Counted from the first letter of the stretch, positions 50,079-60,990 are shown. The stretch: DNA of 64,000 nucleotides from an uncultured bacterium (GCA_963830935.1 CAWHOC010000018.1:3402-67401); one strand, 5' to 3'. Notes: a model not told the origin generated them from the sequence alone. Program-made: numbers and translations.

Positions 50079-50885
50079 TTAGCGCCTTCCTCCGCCGCGC
50101 CACATGCGGCTGTGCGAGCGCATCTTGTCGGTCGCGCTCGCGTCTTCGTCGCGGATCACGGTGCCGGTGAATTTCAGGAACGCGTTCTCGAGGGAATCGG
50201 TCTGGGTTTTCGCTTTCAATTCGGCCGCGGTGCCGGATGCGATGATCTTCCCATGATCGATGATGGCGATCCGCTGGGCGATGCGTTCCGCTTCCTCCAT
50301 ATAGTGCGTCGTGAAGAATACCGTGATGCCCTCGCTCTTGTTGAGGTCCTGAAGATAGCTCCACATATGATTGCGCGTCTGCGGATCGAGGCCGAGCGTC
50401 GGCTCGTCCAAAAACAATACGGTGGGATGATGGAGCAATCCGCGCGCGATCTCGAGTCGCCGCTTCATGCCTCCGGAAAAATCCTTCACCTGACTGTTGC
50501 GCCGATCCCACAATTCCACAAAATTGAGCAGGGTCTCGATCCGCTCCTTGCGCACCTTGCTCGGGACGCCATAGAGCACGCCGTGCAGGTTCATATTCTC
50601 GATCGCGGTAAGGTCGTCGTCCAGGCTGGGATCCTGGAACACGATGCCAAACGAGTGCCGCACGGCGTCGGCGTCGTCCGCCGCGTCATGGCCGTTCAGC
50701 GTGATGTCCCCGCTCGTGGGATTGAGGATGGTCGTGAGCATCTTGATGGTGGTGGACTTCCCCGCTCCGTTCGGCCCCAAGAACGCGAAAATCTCGCCTT
50801 TCTTAACGCTGAAAGAGATGTTGTCCACGGCGGTGAAATCACCGAATTTCTTGACCAGGTCCTTTACTTCAATGATATTCTCCAT
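50079..50885 (-). CDS. ABC transporter ATP-binding protein (DrrA/ABC-2 type)
   Basis: GPNGAGKSTT, FSGGMKRRLEIA, VLFLDEPTLGLD, TTHYMEEA. Confidence 0.85.
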   Translation of the reverse strand: MENIIEVKDLVKKFGDFTAVDNISFSVKKGEIFAFLGPNGAGKSTTIKMLTTILNPTSGDITLNGHDAADDADAVRHSFGIVFQDPSLDDDLTAIENMNLHGVLYGVPSKVRKERIETLLNFVELWDRRNSQVKDFSGGMKRRLEIARGLLHHPTVLFLDEPTLGLDPQTRNHMWSYLQDLNKSEGITVFFTTHYMEEAERIAQRIAIIDHGKIIASGTAAELKAKTQTDSLENAFLKFTGTVIRDEDASATDKMRSHSRMWRGGGRR

Positions 50886-50891
50886 AATTTA

Positions 50892-50897
50892 ATTATA
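50892..50897 (-). promoter_or_regulatory. -10 box of the ABC ATPase operon (leaderless)
   Basis: Minus strand: TATAAT, 6 nt, then ATG at 50885. Confidence 0.4.
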
Positions 50898-50980
50898 AAC
50901 CATAATTATTAACTTACTTAACTACCCTGTGGATAACTCCCAAAACGGGTGTAATAGATGAAACGAATCGGCGGCTTCTA

Positions 50981-50989
50981 TGGTATAAT
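50981..50989 (+). promoter_or_regulatory. extended -10 box (TGgTATAAT) 8 nt upstream of ATG 50998
   Basis: TGGTATAAT followed by acgaatat, then ATG. Confidence 0.45.
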
Positions 50990-50997
50990 ACGAATAT

Positions 50998-52578
50998 ATG
51001 AAGAAAATAATAACACGGCTCGGATTCAGTAAAAAAACGACCATCGTCACCGTCGTCGTGGCGGCGCTCGTGATCGCCGCCGGCTATTTTTTTGTTGTTT
51101 CCCAGAATAGTAATAAATACCAATTCGTTTCCGTGACGAGCGGGTCCATCACGCAGGTGGTGAGCGTCACCGGCAACACGACGCCGATCCAAAGCCTCGA
51201 TCTCTCGTTCCAAAGCGGTGGCACGATCGCCGCGGTATATAAGAATGCCGGCGACACCGTAAGTGCGGGCGATACGCTGGTGGCTCTGGATACCAGTTCG
51301 CTTCGCGCACAGCTCGCGCAGGCGCAGGCCTCCGTGGCCTCAGCGCAGGCGAACCTGCAGCAGCTCCAGGCCGGACCGACGCCGCAAGCAATCCAGGTTG
51401 CGCAGACTGCCGTGACGGCGGCACAGCAATCATTGGCGAACACTTACTCCGGGACCCCGAACGCCGTAGAGGACGCATATGCGAAAGCGACCGATGCCGT
51501 GCGAAATCAGATCGGCGCCTTCTATAACAACCCCGACTCGAGCAATCCGCAACTCTCATTCTCGATCAGCGATCCCGGCATCATGAACAACGCGGATACG
51601 GAGCGTAATCAGGTCGCTCAAGAGCTGAGCGGATGGCAGGCGGAGATAACGGCGTTTTCTTCGACCACCACGCCGCTATCCACCTCGACCCTCACCCAAG
51701 CACTACAGAACGCGACCAATCATCTTTCTGTCGTTTCCACCATGCTGAACACCGATGCCACGGCTGTCATAGATGAGAATGGACTTTCTACAAGCACGGT
51801 CAGTGTCTACCGGAACGATGTCGCCGCGGCGATCACAGAAGTGAACGGCGCTTCGAGCGGAATCAACACCATCACGCAGACCATCGCCTCACAGGAAGTA
51901 GCCGTGGCACAGGCGCAGGCACAACTCGCCGAGACGCTTGCCGGATCAACGACGAACGCGATCGCGGCCCAACAAGCGCAGGTCGCGGCCGCACAGGCGA
52001 ATGCGCAAAGCATCCAGGTAAATATCAATAATGCCTCGCTCGTCTCCCCCATTGGCGGCATCGTGACGGTACAGAACGCGAAGGTTGGACAGATCGCAAC
52101 GCCCGGCCAGACGATCACGTCCATCATCTCGGCAAATAACTTTGAGGTGGATGCGTACGTTCCGGAAACGGACATCGGCAAAGTCGCGGTGGGTAATTCC
52201 GTCAATATGACATTCGATGCCTTCCCCGGCGAAAACTTTGCCGGAAAGGTATTCTACATCGACCCCGCGGAGACGATCCAAAGCGGCGTCGTTGACTATC
52301 TCGTAAAGACCTCTTTCACCACGCCCGACCCGCGCATCAAGAGCGGTCTCACCGCCAACCTGGATATCGATACGCAGACGGATGCGAACGCGCTCATCCT
52401 TCCGGAGTATGCCGTCATCCAGAACGCGAGCGGTACGTACGTGGATATCCTGCAGAACGGTAAAGAGACGCAGGTGCCGGTGACGCTTGGCATTCACGAC
52501 CAGAGCGGCAACACGGAGATCACGTCCGGCGTGACTAATGGTGAGCAGGTCGTGAACGTCGGCTTAAAAACACCATAA
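50998..52578 (+). CDS. HlyD/MacA-like periplasmic adaptor (membrane fusion) protein
   Basis: Intact 526 aa. N-terminal TM, long coiled-coil (LRAQLAQAQASVASAQANLQQLQ..), then beta-barrel segments (SPIGGIVT.., FPGENFAGKVFYIDP). Confidence 0.7.
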   Translation: MKKIITRLGFSKKTTIVTVVVAALVIAAGYFFVVSQNSNKYQFVSVTSGSITQVVSVTGNTTPIQSLDLSFQSGGTIAAVYKNAGDTVSAGDTLVALDTSSLRAQLAQAQASVASAQANLQQLQAGPTPQAIQVAQTAVTAAQQSLANTYSGTPNAVEDAYAKATDAVRNQIGAFYNNPDSSNPQLSFSISDPGIMNNADTERNQVAQELSGWQAEITAFSSTTTPLSTSTLTQALQNATNHLSVVSTMLNTDATAVIDENGLSTSTVSVYRNDVAAAITEVNGASSGINTITQTIASQEVAVAQAQAQLAETLAGSTTNAIAAQQAQVAAAQANAQSIQVNINNASLVSPIGGIVTVQNAKVGQIATPGQTITSIISANNFEVDAYVPETDIGKVAVGNSVNMTFDAFPGENFAGKVFYIDPAETIQSGVVDYLVKTSFTTPDPRIKSGLTANLDIDTQTDANALILPEYAVIQNASGTYVDILQNGKETQVPVTLGIHDQSGNTEITSGVTNGEQVVNVGLKTP

Positions 52579-52592
52579 GAACGCCTGAATGA

Positions 52593-53303
52593 ATGATCGA
52601 GGTCAAAGATCTTAAAAAAGATTATGTGGACGAAGGCGACGTCACGTCCGCATTGCGGGGCGTTTCCTTTACGATCAAAAAAGGTGACTTCGTCTCCATC
52701 ATGGGACCATCGGGCTCCGGCAAGTCAACGCTCGTACAGATATTAAGCTTTTTGGATCGTTCGACCGGCGGCAGTTACACGTTCCTCGGCAAAAGGATCG
52801 ACGATCTCTCCGATGTGGAGCTCGCGCACATCCGCAACAAGAGCATCGGGTTCGTGTTCCAGTCATTCAATCTGCTAACGCGGCTTTCGGTGTACGAGAA
52901 CGTGGAGATCCCGCTCATCTATTCTGATGTGCCGGTGGGTGAGCGTAAAAAATTGATCGAGGATGCGGTGCATAGCGTCGGTTTGGATGAAAAACTCCAC
53001 GTGGAAACCGCCAAGCTTTCCGGCGGACAGAAACAGCGCACCGCGATCGCCCGCGCGCTCGTGAACGATCCCGACATCATCTTTGCCGACGAACCGACGG
53101 GCAACCTCGACTCCGTATCCGGCGCACAGGTGATGAGCATCCTCGACAACCTGCACGACGCCGGCCGCACCGTGATCCTTGTGACGCACGAAACGGCCAC
53201 GGCTGAGTTTGCGGACCGCATTATCCGCCTGCGCGACGGCGTGATCGAGAGCGACGAACAGGTCAAGAATCCCCGCCATTCCAAAAAGGAATTCATTAAA
53301 TGA
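52593..53303 (+). CDS. MacB/LolD-type ABC transporter ATP-binding protein
   Basis: GPSGSGKSTL, LSGGQKQRTAIARAL, IIFADEPTGNLD, VTHE. Confidence 0.85.
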   Translation: MIEVKDLKKDYVDEGDVTSALRGVSFTIKKGDFVSIMGPSGSGKSTLVQILSFLDRSTGGSYTFLGKRIDDLSDVELAHIRNKSIGFVFQSFNLLTRLSVYENVEIPLIYSDVPVGERKKLIEDAVHSVGLDEKLHVETAKLSGGQKQRTAIARALVNDPDIIFADEPTGNLDSVSGAQVMSILDNLHDAGRTVILVTHETATAEFADRIIRLRDGVIESDEQVKNPRHSKKEFIK

Positions 53304-53322
53304 TCATTAACCACTATTTGGC

Positions 53323-54574
53323 ATGCGCGTAAGCGATCTCATCAAATCATCACAGGCGACGCTCAAGCACGGCAAGATGCGCTCGCTTTTGACGATGCTC
53401 GGCATTGTGATCGGTATCTCGTCCGTGATCATCTTGATGTCCATCGGCGCGTCGGCGCAACAGTATATCCTCGGCCAAGTGCAGGGGCTCGGCTCCAATC
53501 TGATCATCGTGATCCCCGGCGGCACGAACAACGGTAAGTTCTCATCCCCCGCCTCCGCGCAGGGCATCGTCGTCACGAGCTTGGTCCAGCAGGACGTGGA
53601 TGCGCTTTCAGCGTGACCCGTCGGTGGCGGCGGTGACGGAAGAGGAGCGCGGACAGGGCACCGCGTCCTTTGAGGATAACAGCGAGGTGGTCACCTTCGA
53701 CGGCGTGCCGGCGAATTTCTTTACCGTCCGCAATTTCGTCGTCCAGAACGGATATGCATTCACCGACAGCGACGTACAGGCATATAACCACGTGGCGGTC
53801 ATCGGGCCCTCCCTTGCCGATACACTCTTTGGCGCCGGATCGGATCCCGTCGGCCAATATATCGAGGTCAAGAACATCCAGTTCCGTGTCGTCGGCGTGC
53901 TCGCCTCCACCGGTACCGGGGCGTTCGGTATCGATCAGGATGATATTGTGATGGTCCCCATCACGCGTGGCGCAAACACAGATGCTTGGTATCACTTATT
54001 TCAACGACATCATGGTGCAGGCGAACAGCAACTATAATATCAGTTTCGCGCAGCCGCGGGTGGAGAATATTCTTGGAACAGGACCATGGGATTACCAATC
54101 CGGACCAGGATGATTTTACGATCGAGACCCAGCAGAGCGTCCTCTCGTTGCTTGGCAACATCACAAACATCCTGACACTGTTCCTCGCCGCGATCGCGTC
54201 GATTTCTCTCGTCGTCGGCGGCATCGGCATCATGAACATCATGCTGGTGTCGGTCATCGAGCGCACCAAAGAGATCGGCCTGCGTAAATCCGTCGGCGCC
54301 ACCAATAAGGATATTCTTCAGCAGTTCCTCGTGGAATCCGTCATGCTCACATTCATCGGCGGCATGATCGGCATCGCCGTCGGTGCATTTGTCGTCGGTC
54401 TGGCATGGCTTGTCATCACGAAGGTCGCCGGCGTGGCATGGACATTCGAATTCCCGCTCAGCGCCATTCTGCTCGCCGTCGCCGTTTCCAGCATCACCGG
54501 CATCGCGTTCGGTATCTATCCCGCCCAGCCAGGCGGCGCGGAAGAGCCCGATCGAGGCGCTTCGCTACGAGTAA
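53323..54574 (+). pseudogene. MacB/FtsX-family ABC permease, about 4 frame changes
   Basis: MRSLLTMLGIVIGISSVI.., a periplasmic domain, ..GIGIMNIMLVSVIERTKEIGLRKSVGA..FGIYPA | RQAARKSPIEALRYE*. Confidence 0.8.
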
Positions 54575-54581
54575 TAAAAAA

Positions 54582-54608
54582 CCCTCCGGATCATCCGGAG
54601 GGTTTTTT
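54582..54608. terminator. bidirectional intrinsic terminator
   Basis: CCCTCCGGA-tca-TCCGGAGGG followed by T6, with an A-run upstream. Confidence 0.7.
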
Positions 54609-55024
54609 ATCTTCTATGCGCGCGCCTTTTTTTGCGCTTTTTTTTCTTTACTACCGCCTTTTTCTTCGGCGCGTGCTTCTTTGACATCTTCATCGCTTCC
54701 GCATGGATCTTCGTCCACTGGCCCTTTAATTCTTGCCCGGCGGCAATGATGTCAGCCGTGCGTCATCTTATTCACCGAGCCATAACGCTTGATCGCCTGA
54801 TCGACCATGGTGGCATATTCCTTCTCGCTCAGCTTCTTGGCCGCCTTTGCGTGCTTCACCACTTCCTTACGGGCGTCCATCACCCACTTTTTCGCCTTTG
54901 CTTTGGTCTTTTTATCCGAAAGCAGATACGCTCCGGCTGCTGCCGCGATCGCCGCAGCGGTCACCGCGCCACCGATCTCCCATGCCCTGGCATTGCTCCC
55001 TTTCTTCTTCTTTTTTGTTGCCAT
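54607..55024 (-). pseudogene. Lys/Ala-rich YtxH-like small protein, one frame change near 54755
   Basis: MATKKKKKGS..GGAVTAAAIAAAAGAYLLS.. | ..DIIAAGQELKGQWTKIHAEAMKM... The family call is tentative. Confidence 0.3.
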
Positions 55025-55051
55025 AGTAGTTAGTACATAATTAAAATTTTA

Positions 55052-55324
55052 TTATTTCTTCGACCTTGTCTTTGCCTTTTTGAAAAGGTTCCTGACGAAC
55101 ATCATGAATCGCTCAATGCGAAATCCTTCCTTCTTTATATCACCCCGCAGTTCACCGATGTCCTGGCGGAACAACACCGTTTCCTCCTTTACCTGCTTGG
55201 TTATCTCTTTGACATCGCTCAATACTTTTGCCAGATAAATGAGCGCGACCGTGAGCGCGATGCCCACGATGACGACCACGATCGTCGTCACAAAGAAGAT
55301 GTCCGCGTGGATCAATGTGTCCAT
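55052..55324 (-). CDS. small TM + coiled-coil protein (DUF948-like, tentative)
   Basis: MDTLIHADIFFVTTIVVVIVGIALTVALIYLAKVLSDVKEITKQVKEE... Confidence 0.35.
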   Translation of the reverse strand: MDTLIHADIFFVTTIVVVIVGIALTVALIYLAKVLSDVKEITKQVKEETVLFRQDIGELRGDIKKEGFRIERFMMFVRNLFKKAKTRSKK

Positions 55325-55574
55325 AAGTATGATGATATCATAGTGAAGTGGAAGTGGCTTTACCAAGCAGCAGCAGTTCCATGCTAAATAAAATGAAATA
55401 CGAAGCCCGCACCTATTAAAGTAGATATGCCTATCGTAACGCGATGGTAAGCATACTCACCTTACGTTTCACCACTTGTGAGCATTCGAGCCTAACGCTA
55501 CGCAAGAAAACGAAGCAGTGATCGTTAGGGAAATATCCGTTGGGATCGGAGACATCCTGACCAACCAGTATTGT

Positions 55575-56812
55575 CTAAGTAAGATATGCAAAACTAGAAC
55601 TAAGTGCCGACCAAGTACTCGTTTCCTTTTTGTTCCAAAGGTGTTTCGGCCATAGCCGGTCGAGCGCCTTCTGTTTGTCCGCGAGCGGGAGCCGCGTCTT
55701 TCGCACCGCGCGGCCGAGCATCATGATCGTCTCGTCGTACGTTTTGCGGTCCACGGGATACGGCGTGGCATCCTTGCCGCCATGGGCAAAGCTGTAGCGC
55801 GCCGGATCTTCGTACGACGGCGCGGCGCCGTAGATAATCTCGCCCACGAGCGCGAGCGCGCGGACGGTCTTTGCGCCGACGCCTTCGGTGGCGAGGAGCT
55901 TCTCATAGCTTTCCGGTTTCTCGTCCGTCACCTTTGCCAAAATCTTTTCCAGATATTTGCTCTTGGCAAAATCCTCGTGGACCACCGGATGGTATCTGAA
56001 CTCGCGCGTATTCAAGATTGAGCAGGGTGAGTTGCTGGCTCGTGGCGCCCGTCGCCGCCGATCTGGATCTTCGCCATCTGCGAAAGCCGCGAGGAATATT
56101 TGCGCAGGAGCGTGATGTCTTTCATGAGCGTCGCGTAGCCCGCGTGCGTGAGCTCGGTGGAGATCTCGCGGGTCTTGTCGCTCTTTGCGGCGCTGAGATC
56201 AAGCACGGTCTTGAGCGTCACCGGCGACGAGATCCCGGAATGCGGTTCGGACACAAGGTCGTTCACATCCTCCGAATACCAATGGTAGCGCCGCGCGGAT
56301 TGTTTTTCCTGGTTCATCCCCTGCTGGACGACCGCCCACGCACCGCCCCGCGAGAAGAAGAACGCATGATGGTAGAGCTGGAATCCGTCCTGCACGAGCG
56401 CTGAATCCACCTTTGCGCTCATCTTGGAGTTGTATACCAGTTTGTTCGTCTGCGCCACGGGTAAGGCCAGCCGGTCGCCCCACGTCCGGATCTCGTCCGG
56501 CGTCTTGCGCGACGTCTTTCCCTTTCCACCCGCAATCACAATACCAAAATCCGCCTCGTGCCCGCGGATCGCTTCCTTGAGCGCCGCGGTCAAGATAGTG
56601 GTGAGGCCGCTCGCGTTCCAATCGAATGCGAGCACCGTGCCAAGCGACTGGAACCACGCCGGGTCCGCGATGCGCTTTATGAACTCGTCCGGGCCGTACT
56701 CGGCCACGAGCACATACATCATTTCACGCCCGAGTTTTACCATGCGCTCGAAAAGCCACGGCGGGCAATGGCCGGTGTCCAAACCGAAAGAGGCTATGCC
56801 CCGCTGGATCAT
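55575..56812 (-). pseudogene. DUF763-family protein, one frame change near 56015-56060
   Basis: MIQRGIASFGLDTGHCPPWLFERMVKLGREMM..AFDWNASGLTT.. | ..FRYHPVVHEDF..LLATEGVGAKTVRALALV matches my recollection of DUF763. Confidence 0.6.
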
Positions 56813-56840
56813 GCCTCTATTATACTGCTTTTGCTGGAGA

Positions 56841-57068
56841 TTATTCCCCGTCCATCAGCTTCAACTCAACTTCATCCAGACGTACTTCCGCGCGGTCCAT
56901 ACGGTTCTCAAGCTTATCCGTTCTCTTATCTACAAAATCAAACTTTTCAAAAATCAGCTTAAGCGTTCCTTCTATTCTTTCAAGAAGCATACCGATATAT
57001 CGCTCACCCTCCTCACTCATTATACCCTTAGGAATTTTTGGAAGCATAATGTCCATCATATTCTCCAA
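56841..57068 (-). CDS. small coiled-coil hypothetical protein
   Basis: 75-aa AT-rich ORF. No family recognised. Confidence 0.3.
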   Translation of the reverse strand: MENMMDIMLPKIPKGIMSEEGERYIGMLLERIEGTLKLIFEKFDFVDKRTDKLENRMDRAEVRLDEVELKLMDGE

Positions 57069-57131
57069 AATCAGAATGTCAAAAGCTTTTTAATTGAAAT
57101 TTAATGATCACAAATTGGCGAGTTCTAGCGT

Positions 57132-58220
57132 TTACAGCAGCCCGCTTACATCCCGTATCGTCAACACCACCATAAGCGTCAAGAGCAGCGCAAAGCCCAC
57201 TCCATTGATCCATGCCTCAACTTTGTACGGCATCGCCGAGCCTTTTATCTTCTCGACGATCACCACAAGAAATCGTCCACCGTCGAGCGCCGGGAACGGA
57301 ATGCAATTGACGATCATCAGGTTGATGGAGATGATGCCGAGCAGCTGCAAAAGATACGCGAGCCCGATTTTGCCCGTCTCTTCCGCGATGCCGAAGATGC
57401 CGACGGGGCCGACGACATCGGCAGGGATGGATGCGTGGACGAATATCTGCTTGAGCAGTTCATAGAACGCCTGGAGCGTAAGCCAGGAGATGATCACGGC
57501 GTCCTGCAGGCCGTCCCACAGCGCGCGAAAGAAATTTTCCCGCGCGGCGCCGCCCTCTTCGAGTGCCACGCCGAGCGCGCCCTGGTTTGCCGGCGGGTTC
57601 ACGCGCGGCGTCATCGTGAAACTCATGTCCTTGTCATTGCGGATCACGGTGACGGTGATCGGCTGGCCTTCGTGCGCGTCAACGTAATTGATGAAACTTT
57701 GCGAATCGGTATAGCCCTTCACGACGTCGCCGGACTGCAATCCCGCCGCCACGGCGGGCGAACCCGGTTCCGTCCCGGAAATAATAAGGGTCTGCGGGAC
57801 GCCGACCATGAACACGATCGCGATGAGCAACCAGCCGAGAATAAAGTTCATGAAGACGCCCGCGAGCACGATCAGGCTCTTTTTCCACGCCGGCTGGTTA
57901 TAGAAGAGCCGCGCTTTTTCTTCATCGGTCATCGCGGTTTGCGCCGCGGTGGGTGACGGCGATCCTTCGGTGCCATCGGGGCTCATGCCCTCGAACTCTC
58001 CGCGCTCGCCGCTGATCCTCACGAATCCGCCGAACGGCAGCCAGTTCACGCTATACTCGGTCTCGCCATTCTTTGGACGCCATGCGAACATGCGCGGCGG
58101 AAAGCCGATGCCGAACTCGTCCACTTTCAGACCGAACAACTTTGCCACAAAAAAATGTCCCGCCTCGTGGCCGAGAATGAGGAGCGACAGTCCGATGATG
58201 ACAAGAATGATGATGAGCAT
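57132..58220 (-). CDS. rseP: RIP metalloprotease RseP (M50 site-2 protease)
   Basis: Intact 362 aa. HEAGHFFVAK (HExxH), a PDZ-like segment (PGSPAVAAGLQSGDVV) and NLMIVNCIPFPALDGG. Confidence 0.85.
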   Translation of the reverse strand: MLIIILVIIGLSLLILGHEAGHFFVAKLFGLKVDEFGIGFPPRMFAWRPKNGETEYSVNWLPFGGFVRISGERGEFEGMSPDGTEGSPSPTAAQTAMTDEEKARLFYNQPAWKKSLIVLAGVFMNFILGWLLIAIVFMVGVPQTLIISGTEPGSPAVAAGLQSGDVVKGYTDSQSFINYVDAHEGQPITVTVIRNDKDMSFTMTPRVNPPANQGALGVALEEGGAARENFFRALWDGLQDAVIISWLTLQAFYELLKQIFVHASIPADVVGPVGIFGIAEETGKIGLAYLLQLLGIISINLMIVNCIPFPALDGGRFLVVIVEKIKGSAMPYKVEAWINGVGFALLLTLMVVLTIRDVSGLL

Positions 58221-58229
58221 GATATGATG

Positions 58230-58790
58230 TTATTCGCCGAGTTCGTTCAGTTTGCCGTTCACCATCGCCTCCACCTCCCCGTTCGCCTTGTCGGTCGCCT
58301 TCTGGATCTTCTCCTTGCCCTTGAAAGAATCGTCTTCCGTGATCTCCTTTTTATTCTCGGAGTCCTTCAGCCGCTTGACCGCGTCCTCGCGCCGCGCGCG
58401 GATCTGGATGCGCGCCGCTTCGGATATTTTTTTGACAAGCTTGGACATCTCGTCGCGGCGCTCGTCACCGAGCGGCGAAAGCGTGGCGCGGATATTGTTC
58501 CCGTCGTTATTGGTGGAAAGGCCGAGGTGCGCGTCGTCGATCGCTTTCATGATCGCGCCGATCGCGCCCGGATCCCAGACCGTGATCTGGATGGTCCGCG
58601 GCGGAAGAATGGTAAGTGACCCCAGCTCGCGGATGGAGAGCTGCTGTTCGTAGAGATTGAGCTTGATGTCCTGGATCATATCCGGCGACGGACGATTGCC
58701 GCGGATCTGTCCAAAGTCCTGCTTCAACTTTGTCGTCACGCCGGCGAGCGCGACCTCGAGATCTTTTGTTATTTGTTCGGAGATGGTCAT
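58230..58790 (-). CDS. frr: ribosome recycling factor
   Basis: Intact 186 aa. FGQIRGNRPSPDMIQDIKL..LSTNNDGNNIRATLSPLGDERRDEMSKLVKK..IRARREDA. Confidence 0.9.
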   Translation of the reverse strand: MTISEQITKDLEVALAGVTTKLKQDFGQIRGNRPSPDMIQDIKLNLYEQQLSIRELGSLTILPPRTIQITVWDPGAIGAIMKAIDDAHLGLSTNNDGNNIRATLSPLGDERRDEMSKLVKKISEAARIQIRARREDAVKRLKDSENKKEITEDDSFKGKEKIQKATDKANGEVEAMVNGKLNELGE

Positions 58791-58806
58791 TCAAAAAATT
58801 TAACAA

Positions 58807-59698
58807 TTATTTCATAAGTGCCTCTAGCTGAAGCCGAGGGTTCAAGCCAAAGTTGTTCACACCTTCATAAAGTTTTAATGTCTTGTGCCAGAAGGCGGAC
58901 TTTGCTTTTGACGCGGTTTCCCACGCCAACGTCATTATAACAGCATCAAGGAATATCCGTAAGCTGAAGTCGTCCGGCTCGATGAGCTTCTTCACAAAGT
59001 CGCGGCGACCGGCCGATGTAGTTTTGAGGAACGCTTCCGCGAGCTCCAGATTTTTTTGGAACGCTTCGTCGTGCAACATTCGCCAGGCGATGCCCGGCTT
59101 TCCAAGCGAACGCTTGGCAAGCGTCGTTGCCTTGGCTTTCGTAAGATGCTCCTCGCTTGCAAGCCACTTCTCGATCGTTTCCGTCGCGACCGCGCCGAAA
59201 TATATCTTGGGCAGGCGCGAGACGATCGTCGGCAAGATGCTCTCGATGTCGGATGTTATCAGAATGAGCAGTGATGATGCCGGCGGTTCTTCGGTGATCT
59301 TGAGCAACGCGTTCTGCGCCTCGGTCGTCAGTAACTCCGCGTTATCGATGATCAGCGTGCGCCGCGCGCTCGTGTTCGGCTTCTGCCACAAAAATGTCTT
59401 TACCTCGCGCGCCGCGTCGATGCCGATCGAGTCCCCGCTCGCCTCGACGTCGAGCATCTTCATGAACGCGATGTCGATGATCTTGATATCCTGCAAAACT
59501 TCTTGATGATCGGCGGAACCATCACGCCCACTCCTTGGAAGTTCGAACACACCCTTCTCTAAATAGTGCCCAAGCGCTGCGGCGACCGTCCGCTTCCCCA
59601 GCATCGCCGGGCCGACAAAAATATATCCGTGGCCAAGCACGCCGCGTTCGTTTAAGATCTTTCAGGTCCGCAATGATGGCGTCGTGGCCGATGATCAT
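58807..59698 (-). pseudogene. holB: DNA polymerase III delta' subunit-like clamp-loader protein, one frame change near 59655
   Basis: MIIGHDAIIADLKD | LNERGVLGHGYIFVGPAMLGKRTVA..IIDNAELLTTEAQNALLKITEEPP..LILITS..LPTIVSR. Confidence 0.75.
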
Positions 59699-60706
59699 TT
59701 ATCGCTTATTGAGCAACGTCCTCTTATACGTGTCCAAGTGATTCAAGATGAGCCCGGTGCCTTTTGCCACGCAAAAGAGCGGGTCTTCGGCAACGTACGC
59801 CTGCACGCCCAAGAACCGTTCAAAGAATTCCGGGAGGTGATGGAGCTGCACGCTGCCGCCGCTCAAAATGATCCCCTTCTCCATAATGTCCGCCACGAGC
59901 TCCGGCGGCGTCACATTGAAGACATTTTGCACGCTGCTCGCGATCTCGATGAGCAACGGATTCAGCGCTTCCGCGATCTCGTTCGAGTTAATGACGACAT
60001 CCTTCGGCAAGCCGGTCACGAGGTCGCGCCCGCGCACCTGATATTCCATTTTTTCCTTCGTTGGCATCGCCGAACCGATCTCGATCTTCACCTGCTCCGC
60101 GGTCTGCTCGCCGATCGCGAGCGCATATTTCTTCTTTATATAATCCATGATCGCCTGATCGAACTTGTTGCCCGCGATGCGGAGCGAATTCCAGGAGACG
60201 ATGTTGCCGAGCGCGATCACTGCCTGCTCGGATGTGCCGCCGCCGATGTTGATGATCATGTTCCCACTGCGCGCGTTGATCGGGATACCGGCGCCGAGCG
60301 CGGCGAGGATCGGTTCGCGAACGATGAACGCGTTGCCCGCGCCCGCTTCACGCGCGGCGTTCATCACGGCGCGGCGTTCGGTCTGCGTGATGCCCGCCGG
60401 AACAGAAATGACGACGTCCGGTTTAATGATATTCATCCAGCCCGACGCCTTCGAGATGAAGTACGTGAGCATCGCCTTCGTAATATAGTAATCCGCGATC
60501 ACGCCATCCTTTAAGGGGCGGTACGCAACGATCTCGTCCGGGGTGCGGCCGATCATCTCCTTCGCCTCCGCGCCCACCGCGAGCACGGTATTATCGGGCT
60601 GGGTGAGCGCCACGATCGTGGGCTCGTTGATGATGAATCCCTTTCCCGGCACAAAAACAACGGTGTTAGCCGTGCCCAAATCGATGCCGATTTTCTTGCC
60701 GAACAT
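59699..60706 (-). CDS. mreB: rod shape-determining protein MreB
   Basis: MFGKKIGIDLGTANTVVF..NEPTIVAL..AVINVPAG-like ISVPAGITQTERRAV..IINIGGGTSE..ILSGGS. Intact. Confidence 0.9.
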   Translation of the reverse strand: MFGKKIGIDLGTANTVVFVPGKGFIINEPTIVALTQPDNTVLAVGAEAKEMIGRTPDEIVAYRPLKDGVIADYYITKAMLTYFISKASGWMNIIKPDVVISVPAGITQTERRAVMNAAREAGAGNAFIVREPILAALGAGIPINARSGNMIINIGGGTSEQAVIALGNIVSWNSLRIAGNKFDQAIMDYIKKKYALAIGEQTAEQVKIEIGSAMPTKEKMEYQVRGRDLVTGLPKDVVINSNEIAEALNPLLIEIASSVQNVFNVTPPELVADIMEKGIILSGGSVQLHHLPEFFERFLGVQAYVAEDPLFCVAKGTGLILNHLDTYKRTLLNKR

Positions 60707-60713
60707 GATTGCT

Positions 60714-60742
60714 AGTATAGGCGAAAAAGACCCTTGGCACAA
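60714..60742 (-). promoter_or_regulatory. mreB promoter (leaderless)
   Basis: Minus strand: TTGTGC, 17 nt, TATACT, 7 nt, then ATG at 60706. Confidence 0.5.
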
Positions 60743-60978
60743 GCATTATCGTTCGCAGTTGGTCGCATATTCTTTTATTGATGGCTCCAGAAGGGACTAA
60801 CCTTGTCTTTTCAGAATTGCCCCTTCGACCTTATTCAGGCATTTAAGGTCGCGGCAAAATCAAGTCACCGCAATCATTATTCTCATTGCTATCTTCGAGA
60901 TGCCAAATTTCGGTAGAACTTAAATTTTTCCAATTACACATTCGGAGAAGTTTTAGATAATTTTAATCGCCTCTTTCA

Positions 60979-60984
60979 TAGAAT
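60979..60984 (+). promoter_or_regulatory. -10 box (TAGAAT) 6 nt upstream of ATG 60991
   Basis: TAGAAT followed by ggcggg, then ATG. Confidence 0.35.
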
Positions 60985-60990
60985 GGCGGG

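Noticed and set aside
55380-55575. A possible ncRNA in the 200-nt gap between the DUF948-like and DUF763 genes (stem CCTAACG..CGTTAGG and other short hairpins).
   Set aside because: There are only short, unremarkable stems, with no promoter/terminator pair or recognisable motif. The evidence is insufficient.
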